A DNA stretch of 64,000 nucleotides from Macrostomum lignano (GCA_002269645.1 NIVC01000859.1:363561-427560); one strand, 5' to 3'. Shown: positions 39,501 through 50,560, counted from the stretch's first letter. The notes: generated by a model from the letters alone, not told the origin. Made by a program: numbers and translations.

Positions 39501-40810
39501 TTACATTAATTTTAAACTAAGAGAAAATAAAAAGCTAAGAATCAACATTAGTAAAAGAGTATATCAGTATTAGTATTAGTATATTAGTATATTTCAATTA
39601 CTACGTGTTTCGCACGCCAAGGTGCATCTTCAGGTTTTTTGGTAGCAAAAGAAACGAACGATGTTTTGATATTAAAAAAATGAATTCAATGAGGGTATGA
39701 AAATCAATAGCATTTGTTAAGATGGCCAGGTTTAGGCGGGTTAAGACGGTTCTTGAATTAATTCAAACAAAACTAATAAAATCTATGGCATCATCATCGC
39801 CATCCCAGCATGATTAGTACCGTCTTGAACAGAGATAGATTAGAGACAAAGACGCGATGAGAAGATGGAACAGATGACCAGTCTCTTCCTACGTCCGAAA
39901 AAAGCCCTTACGCTCAAACCAAGCCACTGACAATTTTTTTGCAGCGCCGGACGGAGCAACGCAGACACAAGAAGTTCAAGAACGCGAGCTAACTTTTTGT
40001 TGTTGCACTCCTTCTCAAACAAGAATCAAGTTGCCAGCTCTCCGGACCGTCGAGATATTCAACAATTCTGCCATTTTCCATAAGCGCCAGTCAGGGCCAT
40101 AACTGCCCCTCAGTGCCGTCTTACCAAGCTAACAAAGTTCATCAGCACTTCGATGACATGTGTCTGCATCAGCTCTGACTCTGTTGGTCACTACATGGGC
40201 TGAACCCAGACCGAGTTTCTGGGCTTTCTAGGAAACTATTTCAAATTTCCCTGATGTCGCTGACCAAGATTCAATAATGGACAAAGTTAAACTGCTGGAC
40301 ATCCTCAGCTATATATAGCCTTTCAAGCATTCTATCATCACCCCGAGACCGTCGCCAACTTCAGTGTCCCCCGAACGTGATTTTTCATCACAACCTTTAC
40401 ATTTCTTAAGGTCTTAAAAAACTCTTTTACTCATAAAGAAGGCTACAAGTATGCTTTTAAAAGTAATTGCTACCTATTTCTATTAATAAAATTAGTGGAA
40501 AGTTGTTTTCATAGGGAGAATCTTCAAATCTTCAAACGCGTTCACTTACAAAGATTTAATTTTTAGCTCAACACGAGCTCATAGCACTTTTTCGGCTTTC
40601 AGCATTTTTCTCTTTGTTTTACTTTGATAATTGAGCCAGCCGGCGCTGGACAAACAAAACAGTTTGAGAAGGACGATCGAGAGAGGTGAGCGAGTTGGGG
40701 TGAAGCGTTTTAAATGAGCCGACTGACTCAGCATGCACAGCAAAATTCCCAGTGAGCACTAGAGCTCGACCCAGTCCGACCGAGCTATCCATAGGCCAGT
40801 GTAGTTGACC
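36540..40810. repeat. Segmental duplication unit 2
   Basis: See unit 1; carries an internal inversion and lacks the 3-exon gene. Confidence 0.85.
37503..38621 (-). CDS. Stand-alone PCIF1/CAPAM-type methyltransferase-fold protein, copy 2 (372 aa, intronless)
   Basis: Colinear with copy 1 without indels; same EGFSSPLN, DTDAAFGSLG and GPPF motifs. Confidence 0.85.
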   Translation of the reverse strand: MAEFAGIEPDQLTREMRQYNFIERLFQDYRTALPQWGPEERHRDATFAVFGRFLQIVQFFNTADQEAAYQLLPQQPLDENVRTELERMLQQNLRANADTAERISNQVFDSIEEFLGIDLEGEPLPDVAVRYTESGTSGNILVGDFQTRNCIRIRYLAQTYGTDATALMCLRYAHLCKFYGGESGMCVSGLDALYDVGHVTYEGFSSPLNCRLLGRDGVKFCSLFKDTDAAFGSLGNFFRLDLSGYPGGWSLGPPFVEPVLNATAERVLETLDDAEPGKFWFFVTFPHWDDNTGWQRLDESTQKVARIDFDQQEFLQQDNYGIIYRPLARICIFILGQLPDDVDLIELRNRISQLDEAKVHDDWLEACRVQPQ

Positions 40811-41025
40811 TGTCTAACATCACGTGCTGTGTGGATGGACGCTGGCCTCACTTGAGCTCTGACCGAGCTGCTTAGCCAGTGCATTTCTATTATTCTTCGT
40901 TTTCGCTATATTAGCTCTGAGCAATTTTACAATGCTTCACCTCTCTGAGCACAAAGGCTAGTGGCTAATTGCTTCAAAACTTGCTTGTGTGCTACAACGC
41001 AGCAAGGTGCAGAAGCGGCTTCATC

Positions 41026-42360
41026 ATGCAGCTTCACTTACCGCCTATGCCAAGTAACTATTTTGATAAGCAGTTTCTGCCTACCCAAGGATACCACCTG
41101 GGCGACGATGTCAAACTAATCAGCTGCGACATGAAGCCAGATATGGTTGAGCAAGTTGTCGGATCGGCCAGAGAGATTCTCAGTCGCAGAATTGTTAACG
41201 AACAGGTGAGTATTGAGGACGGGAAATTAGTTAGCTTTAATCAAGAGTGAATTAAGAGTTAGAAAGATGTATTAGAAAGGATTCGAATTAAATCTTTAGG
41301 TGGTCCGATTAATTCTATGTGTAGTGTTTTGTGTGTGATGATTTTTATACAGCTACATGGCTACATGTGCATGTACAATTGTACACCTGTAAATCCATAT
41401 TTTTCTATAGCGGATCAATCTAAATGTAGCACAGATAGTTTTCAATACTGTTATTACATGTCACTCAGCATGAGAGTGTTAAAAGATCAATAGCACTAAT
41501 GTTGCCCCATGACTACAAAGAGGATCAAAAGGGGAATGGAAGTGAAAGAGGGCAAAGTTAGAAGATGAAAGGAGAACAAGACAAAGGAAAAGGGAGGCCA
41601 AAAAACTGATTAAGGTGATCTTTGAGATGCCTGGCTCTAGAAAACGGATGGCTTGATACCAGGATTAGCTAGTGCTGCAGGTAGAGCATTCCATAATTTA
41701 CTGTAATTGGTAATAAATCACTGCTTCTGTTCTAGAAGAAGGAACTTGAAGGAGTAGCTTTGCTGTATGTTGTTATCTCCGTTCTGGAGACCATAGTATG
41801 ACTTCATAGTGTGAGTTCAAATTTTCTCTTCTTGTCTGAATAGGCTTTGAACGGCAGGGTGGTAACTGTCGAAATGCTTGCGATAGTCCAGGGCGGGTTT
41901 ACTGAGCATTCTACCAGCTCAAACGGGCCTGGCTCTTGCGTCACCAGACCAGACGATTATAAAGTCAGGGCAGCTGTACACCCTGTGTGAGCGTGTGTAT
42001 GAGTACAGCATCAGTGCGCTTGCATGTGCTCAGGGGACAGCTGGTTGTGAGGCGATGTCTCAAAAGGCGTCGGGACAGGGTGCCCGCAGACCGACAGATA
42101 ATAATAGTTTTTTTCTGTCTGCGGAACTTTTCTAGAGTCTCAACAATTATTTCGTGCACCCAACTCAATTCAAGATTCTTCCTCGCGAGCTCAAGGAGGA
42201 GCTGGACGAGAAATTTGGCCACAACTGGCAAGTAGTGGTCACTTCAGGCCAGTTCTGGGCCTGGTTCACCCACCTCGCTGGCTACTGCGTGGTGTTCAAG
42301 CTGCAGAGGTATTGCTTTCTGGTGTGGCGTACCAAGACTTGTTATTACAGAAAAAGTTGA
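41026..42360 (+). CDS. Dynein light chain type 1 (LC8/DNAL4-like) family protein, 121 aa; exons 41026-41205 and 42175-42360
   Basis: CAG|GTGAGT donor and aattcaag|ATT acceptor, both phase 0. DMKPDMVEQVV...ILPRELKEELDEKFGHNWQVVV...FTH...FLVWRT matches the LC8 pattern IAxxIKxxFDxxYGxxWHCIVG...VTH...LLFK. Confidence 0.88.
41560..41880 (-). mobile_element. Degenerate CR1/L2-like LINE 3' fragment in the dynein light chain intron
   Basis: Minus strand, with frameshifts, encodes LLLQVPSSRTE...KLWNALPAALA, typical of CR1/L2 ORF2 C-termini, followed by a pyrimidine-rich tail. Confidence 0.5.
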
Positions 42361-42382
42361 AAAATCACCTCACTGTGCTATG

Positions 42383-43404
42383 CAGGGGCGTCGCCATGGA
42401 TTTTATGGTGGGGGACAAAACCAACAACTCTACATGTACATGTACATAATTTTCAGAATCCGTGTTGTCAGCGCTCAATTGACGCCATAGGCACTCATTT
42501 TAGCGCCGCAGGCACTCATTTAAGCGCTGCAGGCACTCATTTTAGCGCCGCAGGCACTCATTTTAGCGCTGCAGGCACTCATTTTAGCGCCGCAGGCACT
42601 CATTTTAGCGCAGCAGGCACTCATTTAAGCGCCGCAGGCACTCATTTTAGCGCCGCAGGCACTCATTTTAGCGCCGCAGGCACTCATTTTAGCGCCGCAG
42701 GCACTCATTTAAGCGCCGCAGGCACTCATTTTAGCGCCGCAGGCACTCATTTTAGCGCCGCAGGCACTCATTTTAGCGCCGCAGGCACTCATTTTAGCGC
42801 CGCAGGCACTCATTTAAGCGCCGCAGGCACTCATTTTAGCGCCGCAGGCACTCATTTTAGCGCCGCAGGCACTCATTTTAGCGCCGCAGGCACTCATTTA
42901 AGCGCCGCAGGCACTCATTTTAGCGCCGCAGGCACTCATTTTAGCGCCGCAGGCACTCATTTTAGCGCCGCAGGCACTCATTTTAGCGCCGCAGGCACTC
43001 ATTTTAGCGCCGCAGGCACTCATTTTAGCGCCGCAGGCACTCATTTTAGCGCCGCAGGCACTCATTTTAGCGCCGCAGGCACTCATTTTAGCGCCGCAGG
43101 CACTCATTTTAGCGCCGCAGGCACTCATTTTAGCGCCGCAGGCACTCATTTTAGCGCCGCAGGCACTCATTTTAGCGCCGCAGGCACTCATTTAAGCGCC
43201 GCAGGCACTCATTTAAGCGCCACAGGCACTCATCTAAGCGCCGCAGGCACTATTTTCTGTCACCCTGAAACAAAATTATTGATTTTCAAAACGGGTGATG
43301 AGGTTGGGTGGGGGAGGGGGACAAAGCATTGGCATGTCCCCAGCTTTTACTAGGGGGGGGGGAGGACATGTCTCCCCTGTCCCCTCCCGGTGGCGACGCC
43401 CCTG
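42383..43404. mobile_element. Non-autonomous hAT element with 14-bp perfect TIRs and internal 21-bp minisatellite
   Basis: CAGGGGCGTCGCCA (42383-42396) and TGGCGACGCCCCTG (43391-43404); 8-bp flanks gtgctatg / atgctatg (7 of 8). Confidence 0.88.
42490..43250. repeat. 21-bp minisatellite (GCGCCGCAGGCACTCATTTTA), about 36 copies
   Basis: Read directly; source of the (MSACGAK)n ORF. Confidence 0.95.
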
Positions 43405-44562
43405 ATGCTATGCTTTTAATAATTTTTGCCTCAGTTATTTTTAAAATTTTATGTAAACTGAATATGCTCCTGTAAAATGCTGCAGTTAAGCTAGCTTTTC
43501 TTGTTTTTGACCTTTGCACGATGTTCTAAGTACGCTCTTACTACTATTGGTATTGATCTATTAAATTAAGTCGAAATAATTACGACAGTAGAAACTGTTT
43601 ACCAGTCTTCATGACTTTCAGTTTTATATTTCTTTGCGTACATTTCGGAATTAAGAAACTGAAAAGTGCTGTATTAGAACGGGAGCTCCAAAGCTTTTCT
43701 TGCTAAGTTTTGTATGCCGGTGCCAAAAAGTACTGTTGACAGATATTTTGATGTTTATCAACATCTATAAACTGTGTTTTGGTTTTTTGTAACTTGAAAT
43801 TCTCAAAAACACATTTTAATGCATATGATCGAATGCTAATTTGATTCAAAGTTCGTAAAAATCGTTCGTTATATATTTTTATTTCTGTGAGGAGCCAAAC
43901 ATCATTTATTAAACAAATCACAGCACTGCAAACAAGGTTAGTCAGAATGATGTTTAAAATTTTGTGGACAGAATCTCGCTAGCCACGGTGAATTCGAGTC
44001 GAAAATTCCGCACATCGTCATCATAAAAATGTAGCAAAAGAGGGAACAAAAAAATTCATGGATAAATAAATCTGCCATAAAGCTGTTTTTGATTTTGTAA
44101 TAAATCGAAAGTTGAAAAAGTTAAAAAAATTAAAAAGAATACAGTTATGATAGCTATACTATTGTTACAATTCAAAAATAGGAAGAGAACGTGTCTTATA
44201 TATTCGAAGTAAACCACAGCCAAAACAAATGAGAAACCAAAAATTACAAAATGACCAAGGCTACACCGTAAAATTCCTTCAGAGTTTCAACTGCGAGTCG
44301 TAACATTCTAGAATCTTTGCAATTTAACTTGAAAAAATTGCTGGAAAAATTCTGGTTAATATTATTCTGAAACTCGTTAGTAAACGTATTGACTAATGTT
44401 TTTTATAGATTTTCTTTATGCCCTTGCTCTGTATATATATAAAATGATTTTCTACCGAAGGGAGCCACACAATCTGAGTTTTCTAAATTCCGAATAACTT
44501 TACCAGAAACTACAGATATTTTTGGATCCGAAAGTTCAACTAGAAAATTAATTAATGTAAAT

Positions 44563-47500
44563 TTAGGATTTCAATTTTACGCCGGAACCGGAAGCTTCTA
44601 AGCGCTGCAGGATTGCAAGCATCTCCTGAGTCTGAATCTCCAGAGCTTCAAAGCGCTGTTCGGTTTGCCTGGCGAAATCATCCTGACTCTTAGATAACAG
44701 ACGAGGTCGTAACTCGCGAAATTGTTCGGCTTGAAACTTTAGAAACGCCATGTAGTCTTCTGGGTACTTCTTCTGGTCATTCCACCAGAGTTGATTCTGA
44801 GAATTGTAGTAGGCAATAGTGGATATTTAAGTCGGTTTATGCTGCAAACGCATTTGCTAAGATTTAGCGTTATAATTTTATACTTACTGTGTCATCTGGT
44901 CCAGGCGCAACCGAGTTATGGCAACAATTGCAAAAATTTCTTATAAAATTGTAGATATAGTAAATGAAGGAGAACGGAGGCGGCACAGGACTAATGTTCT
45001 CGTACTCCCGCACTAGATAATAGTATTCCTTGCGCCAAATACCAACTGCTTCATTGGCCATTCGGTTGACTCGAAGGCTAAACAATGCAATCAGCAGGTT
45101 CAGCATCACGATGTTCACCAGCCCCATGAATATAAATAGCATAAGATTCTCAAAAAATCCAAGACCTTCAGAATGGGCCTGCTTTCCAATGGTAACGTTC
45201 TGGTTTGTGATTTCAGATTTGAATTCCATTTTGTCGAAGTTAGTAAACAAAATATTGAAAGGCAGAGTAATTCCTTGTACAAATGTGTGCCAACGATACC
45301 ATGTGCTGTTGCGGTAAACTGGATCGGCACCTGTTACTGTAAACAGTAGGTTGAAGAAAAATACTCCAAAAGCAGCAATAATGACGCCGACAATGGCTAG
45401 AAACGGTATCAGATCGTTAAAAATAAGCTTCCAGAGCATTGTGGCCACAGGTCCAATGAGGTCCGACAAAATGAGAAAGCGCATCGACCGAATGATCAGC
45501 AGACCGGTTGCGCAGCTGAAAACCATTTGGCATGCGTAGATTTCGTGTTGAAGCCGAAAGTCAGATAGAAGAATCCACTTAAAAACAAGACCGATAAACA
45601 GTAATAAAAGTGAAACTAAGTCGAGGTAATTTAGTGCTTCCTGGAAGTATAGAACTATACGGCAAAAGCAACCACAAGCGAGGACTCTGCGTCGCTTTTT
45701 GAGTCTGCAGAGGTCAGTAACTTCTTGAAGCACAAGTGACAAAAGGTAACAAACCAAAGGAATGTCGGGCCAGGCACCGTAAGAAAAAGAGTAATCAAAC
45801 TCGATTGTAAACCATATTAAGTAGACAATCTGCGCTACGAATGATACAAAGTGAATCCAGAATTTGGTCCTTGGTGCGTAGGCGCACTCACAACAGCAAT
45901 CTTTTTTACATTGTGTGTGATTTCCGACAAAATTGCCTGCTTCAGCGCTTTCCTGGGTGATTTCGGACGGATTGCTATGATTTTGTTCGTTGGTTTTTGG
46001 CTGAAGACTTGAATCGCTGTAATCAGCAGTGGAACCGCATTTGCAAGGCCGTCGTCCCGTCTTCCAATCCTTTTGTGTCAGGCTGTAGATGCAGTCAGTT
46101 GCAAAGAGCTCATTGCAGTCAGCCTCTTCGATCATTTCCAGTATAGTGTACCAATCTATTTGAGAATTTTCGTTTTCGTTTCGGCAAGGAAACTTTGGGC
46201 CCGTTTGTTTCTCGTCGTCTCTAAATTTTCCTCGCACGTAGTTGAAAAGCAACTCCTGCGTCTGAGGCGTCTCTTCTCTGTCTCCGTCCTCCTGTTGATT
46301 CTTGAACTTTGTGCTTGCAAACAGTCCATCCAATGCATTGACAGAAATTTCAACTACTTTACACTGAAGCTTCAATAGTTTTTCATGCTTTCCGGAAGCT
46401 TCAGAACGCAGTTCAGCAATTTTCAGGCGCAGTCGGCTAAGAATTCCTATGCTGGCGGGAATCAATTCGAACTGTCGAGTGAGAATCAAGTCAGGCAGAA
46501 GTTCGATGTTGTTGTAATAATCCGATATGTCAATCACGGACAGTTCAGATGGAGGCTCAATAAAAGTCTCGCTTTTTTCTGTGATGACATTAAAAACATT
46601 GAAGACATTTCGTTTTGGCTTCTGAGGACGATTTTTTTCTAGAACTATTTGTACATGCATGTCTAGAAGTCTACTCTCCGTCATCAAGTTAGCAAAGTTT
46701 AATTGCAAGGCGCTTCGATATAATGTTGTTGAGTTCCCTTGTGCACTTACTGCTTCATACAATATGTATGCGCTTCTTTCTCTTCGTGAAATAGTCTCAG
46801 CTGCTTTTTTAGAATCAAAGAAAGATTGTAAAGCTGGTATGAGGTTCTTCTGAGCTGTCACCTGATCGGGCAGCTGAAGTGCTCTGCTCGGTGGGTCAAT
46901 CAGGCGAAAAATTGACAAGCGAACTTCGTTTCTTATAAACTGATTCTGTAAGTTCTGTTGAAATTTTTCGTAAGCATTACTAACTTTAGATACGTATAGC
47001 GAACCTCTTTTGAAAGCAAAGTCAATGCATGACTCTCCGGATTCTGTGCGCTTTTTAAGCCTCTGATTCTTGTTCAACAAATACAGAATGTTTTCTTCGT
47101 GGCCTCCCTCGCAGGCAAAGTGCAGGCAGGTAGCTTCCTTATACACACCTTTGGAAACAGTCAATTTTAGCAGTTCATCTTCCTCCATACCGGAAAGCTT
47201 TGACAGCGGAGCGATTAGTTTTTCCAACTCAAAATGTCTAGAGAAGGAATGTATCAAGTGAAGTCCATCCGTACCAAACTCAACTTGCTTATATAGGTCC
47301 TTGAAGTCAATATCTTTTTCCTCATGAGTGTAGAATTCAGTGAGAAGAAGTCTGAGTAATTCAGGCTCTAGCTGAGCATGGTGCAGAAAATTTTGCCCTG
47401 CTTGATTATCCCTTTTCAGATCTATGCCGTGTTTGAAAAGAACCTTGATCTTGGCTAGAATTTCTTTCGCAAGAGTAGTTAAGTCTTCTTCAGAAGCAGG

Positions 47501-49192
47501 CAACCTCATGTCCTGGAGCAGATAGTGCAGTAGAGTGTTTCCGAATACGTCGGGAGAACTATTAATTTCTACTGTATCTTCCAGCTCTTTTAATGTCACA
47601 GATCCTATTGCATAGGACAAAACAGATTGTTGTCTGTTGTTTTTCCAGTTAAGAAATTCAGTTGAACCGTACTTTTCCCGGGCCGCTTTTAATACCCCTT
47701 GTCTATTCCTACTGGCCGCTATATGAAGACAGGTATTTCCGTAAATATCCTTCTTTTCCAAGGCTTGCTTATCGGCGTCACGAACTAAATTGGCTAGAAC
47801 TGCCTCTGCCTCGTCGGATCTATCATCCCAATATTCAAAGGCGATATGCAGAACCGAGTAGCCTGAACCATTTTTCCAATTATTATTTTTCTCGCGATCC
47901 AATGCTGTCGCTAGTAGCGTCTCCATGTCTTTTTCAGTACTGTTGTTAGAGTTCTGAAGAGCAACTTGCAAAACCGTTTCTTTATGACGATTTGGCCATT
48001 GGAGACAATTCTCGGTCTTTTTAAGTTCGTAAACACGCTTGTCAACAGCAATTAGAATTTTAGGATTCTCTGCCGCATAGTGAGCAAGTGTCTCTCCGGA
48101 ATTATCGAAACATTTTATCTGCTTAAGATTTACATATTTGCAGAGTTTTTCAACGGTACTACCAGAACTGCATTTCATTGCAATTTTCAGAGGCGTTTCG
48201 CCCCATTTGTTATATTCATGCAGGCATTCGCGTCCAGCAACTACTATTATGCGAAGAATTACTCCTTCGTTGTCCTCATTTTCCTCTGCTGCAATGTGAG
48301 CGCAAGTGTTTCCCTTTTTGTCTTTAATATTGACGTTTCTTTTGGTTAGGAAGGGTTTGATTCGATTGTCCCAGACGTCTATCGGCATGCACTTTGCCGC
48401 CAAGTGTAGCGGCGTCTGTCCTGTGTCATCTTTTACCTCCAGACAGTTTCTATCAAACTTAGCTAGCGCTTCGAGTAGCTCAGCTCCATCTTTGCTTGAT
48501 GCAGCATGATGAGCAGCCGTTTTACGCCGCTCATCCGAAATAAGAGCACAAGGCGTAGCGGGCAAGGCAGGCACAGTAGCTACTGCCTCTGAGAAATTTT
48601 CCGACTTTGCCAACTCAAGCAGTTTGCGCCTGTCACTAATTTTCCGACTCAACTGTGAATTGGGCGAAGCTGGCGATGGCGGCGGGATTGTACGAGGCGA
48701 CGGATTTGGAGGAGGCGTCGGATTTGCAAGAGGCGTCGGATTTGGAGGAGGCGTCGGATTTGCAAGAGGCGTCGGATTTGGAGGAGGCGTCGGATTTGGA
48801 GGAGGCGTCGGATTTGCAAGAGGCGTCGGATTTGGAGGAGGCGTCGGATTTGGAGGAGGCGTCGGATTTGCAAGAGGCGTCGGATTTGGAGGAGGCGTCG
48901 GATTTGGAGGAGGCGTCGGATTTGGAGGAGGCGTCGGATTTGCAGGAGGCGTCGGATTTGCAGGAGGCGTCGGATTTGCAGGAGGCGTCGGATTTGGAGG
49001 AGGTGTCGAAGTCTCAGGTTGAATTTCTTTGGACTGAACTTCGACTTCGCCTTCCGTCCTGGAGCCTTCCTCCATAGTGTGCTGTTCGCGGCCTAATTCT
49101 CTTTGCCGATCAACTATCTGCTTGTAGTTTGGCGGATCCTCTGAGTCTCCATCTGCACCCACTGCAGCACCGTGCACGTCATCGGCATCCAT
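44563..49192 (-). CDS. Ankyrin-repeat TRP cation channel, paralog 2, intact (about 1512 aa); exons 44888-49192 and 44563-44796
   Basis: 1440-codon ORF with a Pro-rich N-terminus, about 14 ankyrin repeats, S1-S6, LNLLIALFSLRV, GIWRKEYY...PVPPPF. 91-nt intron ACA|GTAAGT...tctcag|AAT joins the NQLWWNDQKKYPEDYMAFL coiled-coil exon, at the same position as in paralog 1. Acceptor tttctcacag lies 20 nt upstream of the ATG. Confidence 0.93.
48705..49005 (-). repeat. Coding 18-bp minisatellite encoding (PPPNPT/PPANPT/PLANPT), about 17 copies
   Basis: Read directly within the TRP paralog 2 ORF. Confidence 0.92.
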
Positions 49193-49499
49193 AAGCGATT
49201 ATGGATGTTCCTCTGTGAGAAAGAAACTGACAGAGACCGGCTGCGGGAATAAGCGACATTTTCAAGGGTTTAAGAGTTTTATATCCCGAAATAATTATGT
49301 TAAGACAATGGATATCCTAAGTCATTGGATTACAATATCAACAACCAAAAGTATCCGCCACTCGACTTATTTGCTGAATTGGATAAATGAGTAGCTAATT
49401 AGGTTTGATGTATAGTGATAATATGTCTTGATATGGGAGAGAGTCGGAGAGGGAAGATAGTAGAAGAGAGTAAGGAAGGGTGGAGGACAGAGTGGGGAA

Positions 49500-49950
49500 G
49501 AGTACGGGAGAGTAAGAGAGTGGGAGAGAGTGGGAGAGAGTGGGAGAGAGTCGGAGAGAGTGGGGGAGAGTGGGAGAGAGTAGGAGAGAGTGGGAGAGAG
49601 TAGGAGAGAGTGGGAGAGAGTAGGAGAGAGTAGGGAGAGAGTGGGAGAGAGTAGGAGAGAGTAGGGGAGAGTGGGAGAGAGTGGGAGAGAGTAGGAGAGA
49701 GTAGGGGAGAGTGGGAGAGAGTGGGAGAGAGTGGGGGAGAGTGGGGGAGAGTGGGGGAGAGTGGGAGAAAGTGGGGGAGAGTGGGGGAGAGTGGGGGAGA
49801 GTAGGGGAGAGTGGGGGAGAGTGGGGGAGAGTGGGGGAGAGTAGAGAGAAATAGGGAGAGTGGGGGAGAGTGGGGGAGAGTGGGGGAGAGTAGAGAGAAA
49901 TAGGGAGAGTGGGGGAGAGTGGGGGTGAGTGGGGAAGAGTGGGGAAGAAT
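49500..49950. repeat. Purine-rich 10-bp repeat (GTGGGAGAGA / GTGGGGGAGA)
   Basis: Read directly; about 300 nt upstream of the TRP paralog 2 ATG. Confidence 0.92.
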
Positions 49951-50149
49951 GGATCCGGATTTAAGAATGGGATAATGGAATTGATTTATTTGTGATCGCA
50001 AAAAATGATAAAACAGCATATCAAAGTATTGAAATGATTTTTTTTTAAAGTAGAAAAGAAAAATTGGCAGAAGATTATGTGACAAATGAAAAGTTGATCA
50101 CCTTAAAAACCATTGCTGTGCTAAGCGAGCCTCAATATATGTGTACAAC

Positions 50150-50560
50150 CTGGTACATCCACCTTGCTAACAGCATGTCCAACCATAACACCTTGGTTTG
50201 CGATCAAGTCGAAATATAAACAAATCAATGAGCTGGCACTTACCCAGTCGCGTTCACTCTTGCAGCTCAGTAACCAGGAGTTATTTTGTTTTGTAATTCT
50301 TGGATTTTGTCCGAACAATCCCGACTTGCAGCTGCAAGTCCTAGAAAGCTGCTGTATATTTATCTTCATCAAAGGATAGTCAGGTCTCACCGATACAAAC
50401 CAAATATGGCAATGGCGGTCCACTGTAAAACGGTCTCAAGTCCATCTTTGGCGATGGATGAGCACAAAAGCTTGGCTTCTTGAAGTCCAATTATGGAAAT
50501 TTGTCTCCGATGGAGTGTTTTCAGTCTAGAATATTTCTATGTACAATGAGAAGAATGGAA
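50150..50560 (-). mobile_element. Possible degenerate LINE AP-endonuclease fragment
   Basis: Minus strand HRRQISIIGLQEAK resembles the DIIGLQET motif, preceded by a disrupted TWN-like motif; the rest is frameshifted. Confidence 0.3.

Noticed and set aside
42898-43191. (MSACGAK)n ORF
   Set aside because: Minisatellite inside the hAT element.
48624-49077. Plus-strand GGGVGF and EEASDL repeat ORFs
   Set aside because: Antisense frames of the TRP Pro-rich repeat.
49399-50085. 228-aa SPTLPHS-rich ORF
   Set aside because: Translation of the 10-bp purine repeat.
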